Part shown: positions 35,607 through 48,529 of the stretch, in pieces
Layout of the letters: each line of letters begins with the position of its first letter
How positions within the stretch are numbered: position 1 is the stretch's first letter
Assembly (NCBI GenBank): GCA_010093815.1
Contig: ML996566.1
Reading direction: 5' to 3' (one strand)
Origin: Pseudovirgaria hyperparasitica
Taxonomy: Eukaryota
Length of the DNA stretch: 64,000 nt
Program-made: the position numbers and the translations under genes
Notes under the pieces: model-generated
Database searches by the model: none
The model's input: only the letters and a program-made list of their open reading frames with translations
What the model was told of the DNA's origin: nothing

Positions 35607-37096
35607 ATGGGCGATACCTTCTTCCTAGACTGGGCGTTATGGCAGAAGTTGACCTTGGTAGGTCGACGTCATTCATGCATAGGAAGAGCATTTACTGATC
35701 ACGATCTATAGATCTTAGCCGGGGGAATAGTAAGCTACAACTCATTCGAGCAGCCAGGGATCCCACTGACTAGCCAGGCCCTTACTCTCAGCATCGGATT
35801 CTGGAAGCTCTGGTACGACACGAAAAGGCTGCGGGCATATGCAGAAATCGCAGACAAGAACGCCATAACGACTAGGAACGTCGAAGCACAGTACGACACA
35901 ATTGTCAATGAGAAGGGTGATGAGGTTCCGTTTGGACTCCGTGCCTTGGAGCATGGGCTTGAAGCTGTTGGTGTATGGAACTCGGTTTCCGCGACTCCAG
36001 TCTCTGGAAGTCCTCGTAGCTCTTGCTCGGGTTCGCTTTCTCTGTCCAAGACAAATTCTTCTTCAGGAGTCGACATGTCCACTTTGGGTCTTCCTGGGCC
36101 AGCACATCACGGCACTTATCTCGAGAGCTCACAAGGAATCTCTTCTATGCGGCCTCATGGACCGTCACTATTTCCGAATGTAGGTTCCTTCGCAAGTCAA
36201 CAGTCCTCCGCTTCTACAGATAATACTCGTCTGGACTCTCCCTTTGACTGGAATTCAAGGGTTGCGCATACTCTGAGAAACACCAGCATGAATGGTGCTG
36301 GCTCGTATGCCTCAAGCGATGATGGTAAGTGGAGTTCTTTAGCTTCAGGTAACTTCTCCCTAACGTCTCGGGTTCAGAACATTCAATCTATTACAGTTCC
36401 AGGTCGTCGGTGGATCTAAGCTCTTGTGTAGACCCCTGCATTCGCCTGCAAGTATCTCCCCTGTCAGGATCGCACTCAGAGAGTCTTGCGGCTGCACTCG
36501 ACATGTTACAGGCCCACCGACTCTCTCATGTGGCAGAGACTGGCCAACTCACTCCTAGGATCCGTCGCCTTAGGGAGAACAATGGAAGTGACAGTGTATC
36601 TGATATGTCTGGACACTCTGCCAATTTTTCCTGGTTCAGGTCTCCTACGCCGAGCTCGACCGAATCCTTGGCCAATATTTCCAATCCTTTCTTGAGCCAG
36701 ATGTCTGACTTGAGAAGCTCCAGAAGCTCCCCGGAAACACCACCGACATCTCCGGATAACACAGACGCCCGTCTACGTAGATTTTCGTTGGTGGCAGACT
36801 CTAAACCGCCGAGACACTCGTTGCGTCCGTCCGACACGCGTACAAGCCTACCTCCACCATCCGATACAATTATGTCAAATGGCCATAGAAGTCGTAAACG
36901 TTTGTCTCAAATGTTTCGAAAACTCCATCCAAAGATTGTATCCCCTCCCAGGGGTTCTGAAGGCACTGGTCTCGAGAAAGTGCCTGGAATTGCCAAGAAT
37001 CTCCAGTTCAATCAGCTACACAAGAGGTGTTCCGGAAGTACACAGGTCTCTCAAAGCAGAATTCATAGCTTCACTACTCGAAGCAGCGCTTCATGA
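35607..37096 (+). CDS. Conserved fungal single-pass membrane protein, uncharacterised
   Basis: Exons 35607-35657, 35712-35729 (18-nt micro-exon), 35778-36324 and 36378-37096 give [36 protein letters not shown]...[22 protein letters not shown]...[21 protein letters not shown]. Confidence 0.78.
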
Positions 37097-37607
37097 CCGG
37101 TTCTTTTATGTTTTGATACTATGCTTTATGTCAAGCCGAGTAAAGTACTGTCGGTACGGAAAGACATAAGAATGGACCTTGACCTTTCCTCCCACCTATC
37201 TTTGCAGCCAAAGTACATTAGTTTGGATCCTCCCGACCAAACTGAGTGCTGGTCTTGGCTTCCTTTTCAACCCTTTTGTAGCGCAGCACTCCATATTGGG
37301 CATACTTGCATATGGTCACGAACATGTTGACATCCTTAGTCACAAATACTCTTCCATAGTCGTTTGTAGATCCAAAAAATATAACATAATGGACTTGACA
37401 TAGATTGACAACTTTGACACCTTGCAGTGGAAAGGGTTGTGGGGATTTTGACTCGAGCACGTGATATCGCGTTCGCGCTAAAACAAAGCGCGTCACCAGT
37501 ATCGACCTTGGCGCGTCTGAATGATGATTCCGCCACTCGACCCAACAGCCTCTTCTCCTCGCCCTTCGCATTCGAATCGTACTACAGCTGTTATCTCCAA
37601 CGTCGAA

Positions 37608-38806
37608 ATGAGCGCCGAAGAAGAATATGAGGATGCTGGTATGGGAGGACCTGGAGCGCCTACCCCTCTGTCTGCGCTAGAGGTATGTCACGACCTATCA
37701 CAGTAGTAGAGTCGCCGAATTGATTGTGTTCCTATTAGGGTGTAAACGGCCTCACGGCACGCGATATCAAGCTTATAGTCGACGGTGGGTATAATACTGT
37801 CGAATCCGTCGCATATACACCACGAAGACAACTCGAGCAGATCAAGGGTATATCTGAGCAGAAAGCCACGAAGATCCTGGCTGAAGGTACGGATCATGGA
37901 ATGAGACTCAATATATAGATAGACTAATGGCGATACTTACAGCTTCAAAATTGGTCCCCATGGGATTCACCACCGCGACGGAAATGCACCAGCGTCGCAG
38001 CGAGCTCATAAGTATAACGACAGGATCAAAACAGTTGGATACACTTTTAGCCGGTGGTATAGAGACTGGCTCTGTGACTGAGATATTCGGAGAGTTCAGG
38101 ACGGGAAAGAGTCAGATATGTCACACTTTAGCTGTTACATGTCAGTTACCATTTGATATGGGTGGTGGCGAAGGCAAATGTCTGTACATTGACACCGAAG
38201 GGACCTTCAGGTACGTTTTACAAGGACATTTCTCCACCATTGTCTGATCAGCATGCTTTTAGGCCTGTTCGGCTACTTGCTGTTGCCAATCGCTACGGGC
38301 TCTCGGGTGAAGAGGTACTCGACAACGTCGCATACGCACGAGCGTACAATTCAGATCACCAGCTTCAACTGCTCAATCAAGCAGCACAGATGATGACAGA
38401 GACTCGCTTTTCTCTTCTGGTAGTCGACTCTGCGACATCGCTTTACAGGACTGACTTTGCGGGTCGTGGAGAGCTATCAGCCAGACAAGTCCACTTGGCA
38501 AAGTTCATGCGTACATTACAACGGCTCGCTGATGAGTTCGGCATCGCAGTCGTCATAACGAATCAAGTTGTTGCTCAAGTGGACGGCGGGCCAAGCGCAA
38601 TGTTCAATCCTGATCCGAAGAAGCCTATCGGAGGCAACATCATTGCCCATGCTAGTACGACTCGCTTGAGTTTGAAGAAAGGGCGGGGCGAAACAAGGAT
38701 ATGTAAGATCTATGACAGTCCGTGTCTACCTGAAAGCGATTGCATGTTCGCGATCAACGAAGATGGAATTGGAGATCCTAGCCCCAAGGATCTAGAGAAG
38801 GATTAG
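37608..38806 (+). CDS. RAD51: DNA recombinase Rad51
   Basis: [78 protein letters not shown]. Introns 37683-37738, 37887-37942 and 38211-38262. Confidence 0.98.
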
Positions 38807-39199
38807 AGCTTGGTCGTTCGTACGCGTGTGATGAGCCGAGTATGATAACGCAAAAGTGTATGAGACTCAGCATTGGATGTTTATGACAGCGCATAGCATT
38901 TTCCGGCATAAGGGTACTGGGGCAAGGCTGGCGTAGGAGTCGGTGGCATTTCGTAATTTAATCAAGCACGACTAAATGATACACATATTTTCAGTTGCCG
39001 AATTGAAAGCTCATGGTCCAGGCAGGTAAATAACCTACGGCGAAGGGCCGTTCAGCCTTACGAAGCTTAGCGTTGGCGCGGACCCTCGCGCGACAACCTT
39101 GAATCTCAAGCTCGAGAGCTTGCCCAAGACAACATATTCCATGCGACAACTCGCGTCGCTCCTAACGCAAGAACTCTTGCCAGCTTGGATGGGTTGGTC

Positions 39200-42100
39200 A
39201 TGTCTACTACACCTGCATCCCATCTCTACAAAGAGATTCGACTAGACCTCGAACAATTTCAGCGCCATAGTACGATTGCGATAACCCTACCTTCATCGAA
39301 CGCGGCCTCATTTCTCTCGCGATCTCAACACAAGCGCACTATCTTGAACGAGAACTTTGTGGAACAGGATGAGAATGCTTTTGCTCGAAGGCATCTGGCA
39401 AGCGAAGGCTCTGTCTTCTTTCGATCCTTGAACAAATATCCTCGGAGTTTTCTATGGCGCTTGCTGGACGATCGCAAAGTATTGGAAATTCGGTCAGTTG
39501 ACCCTACTAGAGACATAAGCAGAGCCAAGAGTAGAGAAAAAGAAGGAACGCATCCTGAAGCATTCTTGACGTTCCTTTTGGCCTTTCCTACTGCGATCAA
39601 GCCATTCGGAATCGCATTGGCGGATTTGGAAGATCGCGATGCAATCGCAGTTTTTGCAATCACAACTTCGAATGAGATATACACAATCACGCTTGCAAAG
39701 ACGTTCTTCTCAAAACCAGAGGCTTCGGAGCAAGACCCTTCCGAGTGGTGCAAAATCCATACCCCGACTAGCTTTAGCTTTCGGTATCCGTATCGCTTAG
39801 TTGCAGTCAGCGCCCTGGAGCTCTGGGTATCACTACACGATGGAGGACTACTACGGCTGACGCGAAAGCCTGGAGACGACGGCACCGTGTGGGTTGAAAC
39901 ACCATTTGGCGAAAAGGGCTGGGGATCTTCCTTTCGAGGATTAATACCGTGGAAGAGCGAGAGCACCATCAAATTTGGCACCCATGATCTGATCGGCAAC
40001 TCTGCCGCTGATCTTGCGGTGTCGCCAGACAAGGACCACCTGTGGACTGTCTGCCTGAATCACACGCTGAAAGCGTGGAACCTGAACACGGGTAAGGTTG
40101 GCGTCCAGGCAGATCTGCTCGACGAAGATCTCAAAGAACTGCAAAAGACGGGACAGTACATGTTTGGAGCAACTCAACCGCAGCTTCTCCAGGTCATCTC
40201 TGTCCCCGCACCACAAGGCAGTGACCTGTACTATGTGGTAACATACTCTCCTAAGCAACATCGATTCAAATTCTGGGGCGTGATGAATGCAGACAACCCA
40301 GAACTGGGCCTCCGGGACATTCAACCAGAGTTCAGCTTCATACCGCCTGTTGATGAACTCATGAATACGACTGTCTGGAATCTGGAGGAGTTCCACGTTG
40401 AAGCGTCTACTGGATGGCTAAACGCTCGGATCTGGATCCGAGCTAGATCCGGCCCAAGCAGCAAGGCATACACAACTACATTCAATCTATTCGCTCCATC
40501 TAGAGAGCTACAGGAAAGTTGGCATGATGAGTGGGCGACTGTCGATCCTGGCCCATTGACAGCATCGAATCTCAGGCTGAACCCTACCATTCCGTCGAAT
40601 GCGGCATCAAAACACTTGAACTCGACGTTTGGCTGCTCAGATCGGTGGACAGACTTCCTGTTGTTTCCTGGACGCTACTCATTGCCAACCCTGGAGACAG
40701 CGCTTTGCATCTATCGATCTGGTATCGCTCATTCCGACTCAGGCAATGGAAGCTCTAATGTCAAGCACCCCCTGAAAGAACGCATGTGTCGAGCTGTAGC
40801 TTCAGCAGTCACTTTCAAGAAAGACGTTGAAGGTACATCCGATTATGCAACGTTCGAGCACGACCTGGACTTGCAATGGCACACTTTCTTCGATCTTGTG
40901 CAGGACCTACATAAACGCAGGGGAGAGTGTCTTAGACTCTCGTACGATACAGCGACTTCATCGCCCTGGCTAGTACTCTCTGACTACGTCGCACCAATTC
41001 GGTTGAATAGCAAGGTTGAAATCCTCATTGAAAACACACGACTATTACGTCTAGCTAGCGAATCTCGCAAGCCTCCTCCGGACTCTCTCAATAGCGCCTT
41101 GGACGATGTGGACTCTATAAGGATGTCAATGCTCCTTGCTGCAGCCGCAAGATTTCGCAGAAGGCTCCCGGCCCAATTTCAGTCGCGTCTCAGGACTGCA
41201 GTGGACAGAGAGGTTCACGAACAGCCGTTTCTCTCTATCACTGAGAGGCTACAGGCTTTTGAGGCGTTGTGTGAGCTCGACCCAGAGATCAACGACGATG
41301 ATGCGTTGCAGCTTGAGCAAAGCCTGTCTTTCTTAGGAGATCAGAAGCCTGAATTCTACAGCCAAGTTCTTACTCTATTCTCAGAAAGCCAAACAGGAGA
41401 GCTTCGGGGCAAAGCAGTCAATCAGACTGGGATGAAGCTACTTCTCCGTGTTTCTCAGGAGATGGTAGAAACGCAGATCGAAATTCTCCTGGACCTTCTT
41501 GTACTCACAATGTACATGGCCTACTACTGGGAACCGGAAGATATTCCTGGCTTCGATGCCAACTATGTATTTGCCTCGATCCTGACCATTTTTCGCGAGC
41601 ACGTTTTGCTGAGATGGCTCTATAAGACTACAATCGTGGACCCATCTTCGAACGCGGTCGAGTCCAATCTGATGTGGTTGCAGATGAGTTCAGGTGCTTT
41701 CGACATCCGCATACCACCCGGTGACCCTCTTCAACACATATCGTATTGGGCACGTGTGTGGACGTTTGACCCCTTTGGTACCTTTGAGTTCACAGACCTC
41801 ACGGAAGATGTCATGGTGCAATTGCTCCGCGCTAAGCAGTATGATCACGCTGCGACTTTTCAGAAGTTCTTGGGATGTTCCCCCTGGTCGTTCTACTTGC
41901 GGGGAAAACTTTTACTTTCGGCTGGAAGCTACACGCTGGCGGCGGTTAACTTCAAGAAAGCTGCCCCTGGTCTTTCTAATCAACAGCTTAGTATTGGAAC
42001 ATTTGATCGCATGGGCATGATTCCTGTCAGTGATCGCGGTCTGTTCTGTCACGGTATGCTCCAGTTCACAGCGCATCTCATGAACCTTTTCGAGGCTGCT

Positions 42101-42876
42101 AAGGCCTATTCCTTTGTTGTCGACTTTGCGAAGATTGCACTGCAACAACCGCCCGTTCTACCAACTAATGATACTCACGGTGACCGAGCTGGAATCTTAT
42201 CAAGACTCTTTACTGCATCAATCAAGACATCTTGCTTTGAAGATGCTTACTCTGCCCTTGTGCGGCAGAAAGATCCTGCACTGTAAGTCACGGCCAAGAC
42301 AATTCAACACGCGAATGCTAATGAATATCTAGGCGCAAAGCGAATTTGACTACACTTGTCACAAGTATGACAACGCAAAGTCAATCCGCTGCGCTTCTAC
42401 GCCTTCCGCTCGCTACATTATCCACAGAGGTCGATACAGTCTTAGAAAGCCTATGCCATAAGACGCTCAATATTTCAAGCGGACCGCCTTACCATAAAAT
42501 TCTGTACGCATATCGTATCTCTCGCGATGACTTCCGCGGCGCAGCATCAATTCTTTACGAACGACTTCAGCGATTGCAATCATCGTCTACTTCCACCGAT
42601 GAAGCTCTGACTCAGGGCTACCTCATCCTCATAAACACCCTTGCATCGGTCAGTCCCGACCAGGCATGGATATTTGCCGAGGGCAAGGTGGAAGACGGCG
42701 GCATTTTTGGTGGTGGCTCAGCCCGGTTAGGCAAGGCGAGGGAGGCGCCAAAGAGGAGAATTCTGACCCTCGATGACATACGGAGAGAGTATGAGGCTGA
42801 ACTGGATCGCCAGAGTGCGCTGGAAAACGGGCGTTTCGCGTTTGGCGAGGAACCCGAGCCCATGGAATTGATGTAA
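39200..42876 (+). CDS. NUP120: Nucleoporin Nup120/160
   Basis: N-terminal LYKE..HLASEGSVFFR..YPRSFLWRLL, TVCLNHTLKAWNL; C-terminal PYHKILYAYRISRDDFRGAASILYERLQRL and RRILTLDDIRREYEAELDR. Intron 42283-42332. Confidence 0.85.
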
Positions 42877-43649
42877 TTGGTGTACTTGTACGTATAGATA
42901 GCAGCATCGCGGCAGCATGGCGTTCAGCGGTGGTACTGAAAAGCAAAGATCGCGAAATAGGGGGAGAGCGCTTGTTGTTCTGGGAACAGAGTAATACAAG
43001 ATTCATTGCCTTCTGGGCTTATACTGATATAGAGTAAGGGATGGACTACCTCATTCAACTGCACTGGTGGTGCTCTCAAGCTCACAACGAGACGGGGCCT
43101 GTTGTACTATAGTCGTTGACGTTGACGTCGTGCTTGTAAACACTATGCCAACAAATCTTCAGACGACCCGCTGTCTACCCATGTGCCAAAGTGGTGGCGG
43201 TAGTGGTGGTGAATGACGACCCCGACAACCATTGGCCTCACGAGGCCCCCTCTTACAGAAGAGGTAATTCATAGATTAACCTAGTCGTGGTACTTCGTGG
43301 TCGATTTGTCGCGGGGGGAAAAGCGGGGCTTCTGTGTTTAAAGAAAGAAGTGAAGTGAACTAGATTATTTCTCTGTTGCCGATCACGTGCCTTGTCGCGT
43401 CGCGTCGGTAATAATCGGAGTTTAGATGCATTGGCGCCCCGCCAACGGCACTAATTAAGTGCACGCATTCGTGGACGCGTCTGTGTTTCAACGAAGTTGT
43501 GAAGCCTCAGGCTCAGTACCTAACACTTATGCAACCACAGAATACGAACCTACGAAAGTCCATATCTCGATACGCCATCTGCTAACCTGTACGAATAAGA
43601 GAGAATTGGAGGTCATTTGTTTTGTTATCCCCATGCAGGCTTCTACGCA

Positions 43650-44923
43650 ATGGTAAACAATAAGCGCTCGGCATACATTCGCGTCAATATGGCTCTGACA
43701 GTTGATAGAATTCGAAGTCCATCCGTCGCCTCGCTGCGGACCATGCATCTCTACATACTCTCGGTCTCCCCCCTAATTATCTCTTCCCGACTCAAGCCTC
43801 AAATTCCCATTCTTCATGCTGCGACGACTTGAGCATCCTCAATGTCCTCCTCGCAGGCCCCGAGGGAACAGCCTACCAAGATGGCATATTCAGTCTACAT
43901 CTCAGCATGCCCAGGGATTACCCTAATTCGCCTCCAACCGCTACCTTCAAGACCAAGATATGGCACCCGAACGTGGACGAAAGAGGAAGTATCTGCGTGG
44001 ACACGTTAAAATCGGGTTGGAATGCGGGACTGAGTCTGCGAGATGTGCTCATAACAGTCAGCTGTCTCCTGATTCAACCGAATCCCGCAAGTGCTCTCAA
44101 TGCAGAGGCTGGCATGCTTATTCAGAATGGGGAGTGGGCCGCCTTTGAGAAAAGAGCAAAGGTCATGTGTGGAGTCTACGCCGCCATCCCGGACACCCTC
44201 AGGAAGGAGGTTGAGGATGCGAGGCGGAGAGGTGAGGAGCAAAACAAGGACGCAGAAGCGATAACAAAGAAGGGTAAAGGAACAGCAAGGCTCGGGAAGG
44301 AAAAACCATCGGTGAAAGTCCAAGAGGTATCAGAGGGGTATACGGAGATTACTACAACTCTCACTAAAATCACCGCCCCTGAGACGCCATTAAAAAATGA
44401 GGATGTTCGGGCAGAAAAGCCGGAAACAAGACCACTTGACCCTGGAACTGACAATATAGCGGGCACTCGAGCTAAATCGACATCGAAGACAAAGCTTTAT
44501 GTGCCTGAGCATGCCATAAATCCGGGCACGCCTTTACCAACCGTCGTTCGTCAACAGGATGTATCAGCCATAGATTTTGGACAGCCCTCAACACCGGCTC
44601 CAAAGCCCCTCACTGGCACAGCGGCTATTCCTACGGCGAACACACTATCTAATACGGTTACACTAACGCCGACAGACGTCATCGTCACCACTCAAGGCTC
44701 TCAAGCAACGCCAGGAAGCTCACCACGCGATGGCCCCAGCTTCCACTTTTCGTGGATGCCATCCCGCCGAAGTCCAGGGGGCAAGGGTAGCTCGCCGCAA
44801 CGTTCACCGGAGACCCTTAGGCGAGAAAAGCATGAGCTCCGAAAATTAAAGGCGGCTGGGTACTCCATTGCAAGATATAACAGGGGCCAATTTGGTCCAC
44901 GCAAGGGGCTGTTGCGTTTGTAA
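43650..44923 (+). CDS. Ubiquitin-conjugating enzyme E2 (UBE2S-like) with long C-terminal tail
   Basis: ATG, then intron 43653-43708, then NSKSIRRLAADHASLH..LPPNYLF. UBC core LAGPEGTAY, FKTKIWHPNV..GSICVDTLK (catalytic Cys), PNPASALN; ends ...KGLLRL. Confidence 0.88.
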
Positions 44924-45521
44924 ACAGTCTTGTTCATGTTTCAGAGTAGAATGCCTTTGATCGAGCATAGCGGTGGCGTTCGTGAGCATGCGTCCAGGGG
45001 GAGAGGGCCCTTGGAAGTTTTTCCAGAAGTTTCATTGCACCGTGTTTAGATACCATGACTTTACAGAGACACAGTAGGCATCATTTCACCATTTCGTCCA
45101 ATCTCTGTCTTGGCCCCATAGTGCGCTGGCATATACCTCGTTCTGTCATGGCCACTTTTTTTTCAAGTGAAAGTTCTTCGTTCCACCTGTTGGGTAGGTA
45201 GGTCATGACACACGTAATTTTCAGTATTCCTACCGTTCGCTGGCGTCTCAATACGATTGACCCACGTGGAGAGCTGGTATACAAACTGGTCATTGGTTCT
45301 CTAGGCAACTCCCTTACTTGATAAGTTTGATTCTGAGTTCCATATTTGCCAGAGTCTCGCCTTCACCAGTTCAACGTTCTCTTCCAAATCCTTGTCACTA
45401 CAGAGGACTACCACTTACTTTCGTTTCTTCTTTGACCAAGATCTTTCTACTCCATCTGCGCTCTTGTCAACTCATCATTCTTGCGGCTTACTACGATCGT
45501 GAACTTCACCTTCAGTAAGAA

Positions 45522-47190
45522 ATGCCGAGACAAGTCATGAAGAGGGGTGGTACCTCACGGATCACTCAGGCTGCAACAGCTACCAAAGGTGAACCTGCCA
45601 AGCAAACCAAACTCCTTGCTCTCTGGGTAAGCAACCACAAAACTTTCTCACAGCAAGAATAAGCTGATCTTCAAAAGGAGCACGAAGGAGAGATTCCTGA
45701 AGGCTACTACGACCACTTGACCATGGATCAGATGTACGTGCAAGGACTCGTCCTCCGCCCCGGCGAAATAGACGCCACAGAGGCATCCACAATCCATAAG
45801 CTCACGAAGGAGCTGGAGAGCAAGACCCAGGAAGGCAAGAGCCTGAACGGAACCATCGCAAAGATGAAGAAAGAATCGACCAAGAACCAGAAACTGATCC
45901 TTCGTGCCCTCGACAGCATGGAAAAGTCGCGCAAGTTCAAGGCCCAGATCATGGAGGCGGCCGTGCCGATCATGGTTGTGCAGATGACGTATCGTTGGGC
46001 GCTCGAGCGTGACGATCTGGACGGCGGACCTGCGGCCGGTACTGAGCTTGAGATGACGTTTTCGGATCAGTTGAAGGATGCGTTTGAGGAGCAGGAGTGG
46101 CTTACTATCGAACAAGATGCGAAGAAGCAGTTTGATGAGCTCGTGTGCGAGACGAAGGATGCTGATACGCGTATGGAGAGTGACGACGAGGACGCTGAGA
46201 GTAATGCTACATTCGAGTCGGCGCAGGAAGGTGAAGACAGTACGCTGGTGGCCGATGATGCTCAGGATGGTGAGTAGTTGAAGCCTTCATATGTGGATTA
46301 TGAGCTTAAATTGGACAGATGCTCTTCTGCTCGAGCATGAGGACCTCGACGGAGAAAATGTAGATGAGCACGACTCTGTGGAAATCGAGAACCTAGAGTC
46401 CAAGGAGAAACCGGCACCCAGTTCAGCAGAGAACATCTCGGGTCCCGCAACTTCAGACGTAGAACCCCTAGCTAAAGACTCAAGCATGGGACGCGACACA
46501 GAAATGTCTGACGTAACCTCGTCCAAGAGACCAGCCTCTGAGATGGAGTTGAGTGCCACCGATGGAGCTAGGACTAGAGCCAAGTCAGCTCGTCTCAGCA
46601 GCATGGGTAAGAAAATCGTAGACAGCCCGGAGAATACTCAAGCCAAAGCGGCGACTCCTACACATCTCAAAACACCAGACATCGCAGGTGACGTACACCA
46701 GACGACTCCACACCGACCAATGAGCGAAGAGGAAGTCGAGCAAGCACTCTCTGCAGACCGCTTTACCTTCCTCCCCATCCCGACCGGCATGCTGTCCACC
46801 GAAAAGAGCGACGGCTACCCCATGTCCGACGGTATCCTCCTCGGCACCATCGTGCACAAGGGCAAGTCGGAGAGGATCTACGTCCACTACGTTGACGCCA
46901 AGAAGCTACTGATGAAGTATCGCACCGAGAGCGGCCAGAGTGTCAGCATGGAGAAGAATCTGTGCAAGGTCACCTGGGTGCAGCCTTGGTCTGTGTTCGT
47001 CGGCGAAGATATCACTGGCAATACCACTATGACCATGTTCCGTGCTGTGGCGCTGGAGGTCTTTATGAGGAGGGACAAGTCGAAGAAGAAGCTGCTCAAC
47101 ACCGATTCCATGCGGAGACAGTTCCAGAAGGACTTGCTCTGTGCGAAGAAGAAGCTGGAGTGTGGGTCGGGTAGGATTCGTGATTGGTGA
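45522..47190 (+). CDS. Hypothetical (orphan-like) acidic/coiled-coil protein
   Basis: Introns 45627-45677 and 46270-46318 join three exons in frame with coding-like codon usage. No recognisable domain. Confidence 0.6.
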
Positions 47191-47730
47191 AGAAAGCTCG
47201 CTGTCAAGCGGATCTGTTGCTTGGCTACACAAGAATCGTTAAGGATTTGGGAAATTGACCTCTCTATGAAATATGATTATGAAGGACTCTCCGGCGGTCT
47301 ACTGACTCACGCTATTTGTTACTATCCTTCTACTTTCGTTTAAATTCTATAAGAAGGAGATAAGGACTTGGTTCTAGTTGATTGTTAACTCCATTGACGT
47401 TCTATGATATACAAATTTGGTGTATGGAACTCATCTAACTCTACTTCTAACTACATATCTAGTTTTATGAAGGTGGTAATGTATTCTGGAAGACTATATC
47501 CAACTACCCAGCCCGTCCTGTCACTGACTAGGACGCTAGATTTTCTGGGATTAACAAGGCCATACTCCATACTTATATACTAGAGAGTCTTAGTCGCTCC
47601 ATCTCTGGCTATAATATTGGATTGTCCAAAAGTAGTAACTGCGCCAAGATTAGAAAACTTAGACGACTTCTAAAAGCGTGTTTTTACACCGTATTACACG
47701 TTTATACTACGACGACCATTGCCGCTCTGC
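47191..47730 (+). pseudogene. TpA-rich, possibly RIP-degraded coding relic
   Basis: AT/TpA-rich. The upstream gene's frame stays open for 50 codons past its TGA, and later stops are mostly TAA/TAG (compatible with CAA/CAG to TAA/TAG changes). Confidence 0.3.
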
Positions 47731-48529
47731 TTCCTTAAGCATAACTGAATTGTCACCTCTCGATAAACACCATGTCTTAAACCTAGCAACAGAGTGCGCT
47801 CAAGGCAGCTTCTGTCATAAATTGATTCAACTGTGTTTGATTTCTTTCAAATTATCAAGCTAGACTTCTTTGACAAGAATGATTGGTTCTGATGAAGGCT
47901 TGTGTATTCCACAAGATTTACATTCTAGTACGTTGGATACTCCAAGAAAGCATCGACTTTCCACCGACGACTACAGGTACTCGCGCCGGTCACTTCACAT
48001 GTGGTCCTACAACAGCGTCCGTAATGCGTATTCGGTCGGGCCGATACATGAGTACATGCCGGAGCATCATTACAAAGTCCAAAGAAGTTAGGAATGTCTT
48101 AACCTACAGTCAGTGATGATATACCTCACAGTACAATATCCTCGAGCTCTTCATCGAGTAGGGTCCGTACACGGTGCCGTACTGAGACCTCAGATCTGTT
48201 CGTCAGAAGAACTCGCAATTTGAGCCTCTCCAGTGATCGAAGTTGGGTTAAAGGCCTTACAGCCCTAACAACAGGGAGACGGGTTCTGAGAGCGGAATAG
48301 AAGTATACATACTGATGCAGCCCAGATCAAGACACTCATGGCTGGCTGAACATGCTAAAGTCTGCAAATTCTGCAACGAAGACGACATATGTTTGATAAA
48401 TTTTGACTCTTTGTTAATGGTCTGTGATCACTGAGCCACTTAGACTTCCATACACAGTTGCATACCCGTAAGCTCCGTGGCTTCTCTACCCGGGCCTATA
48501 CCTCAACGTGTTATTTATAGCATCCTCCT

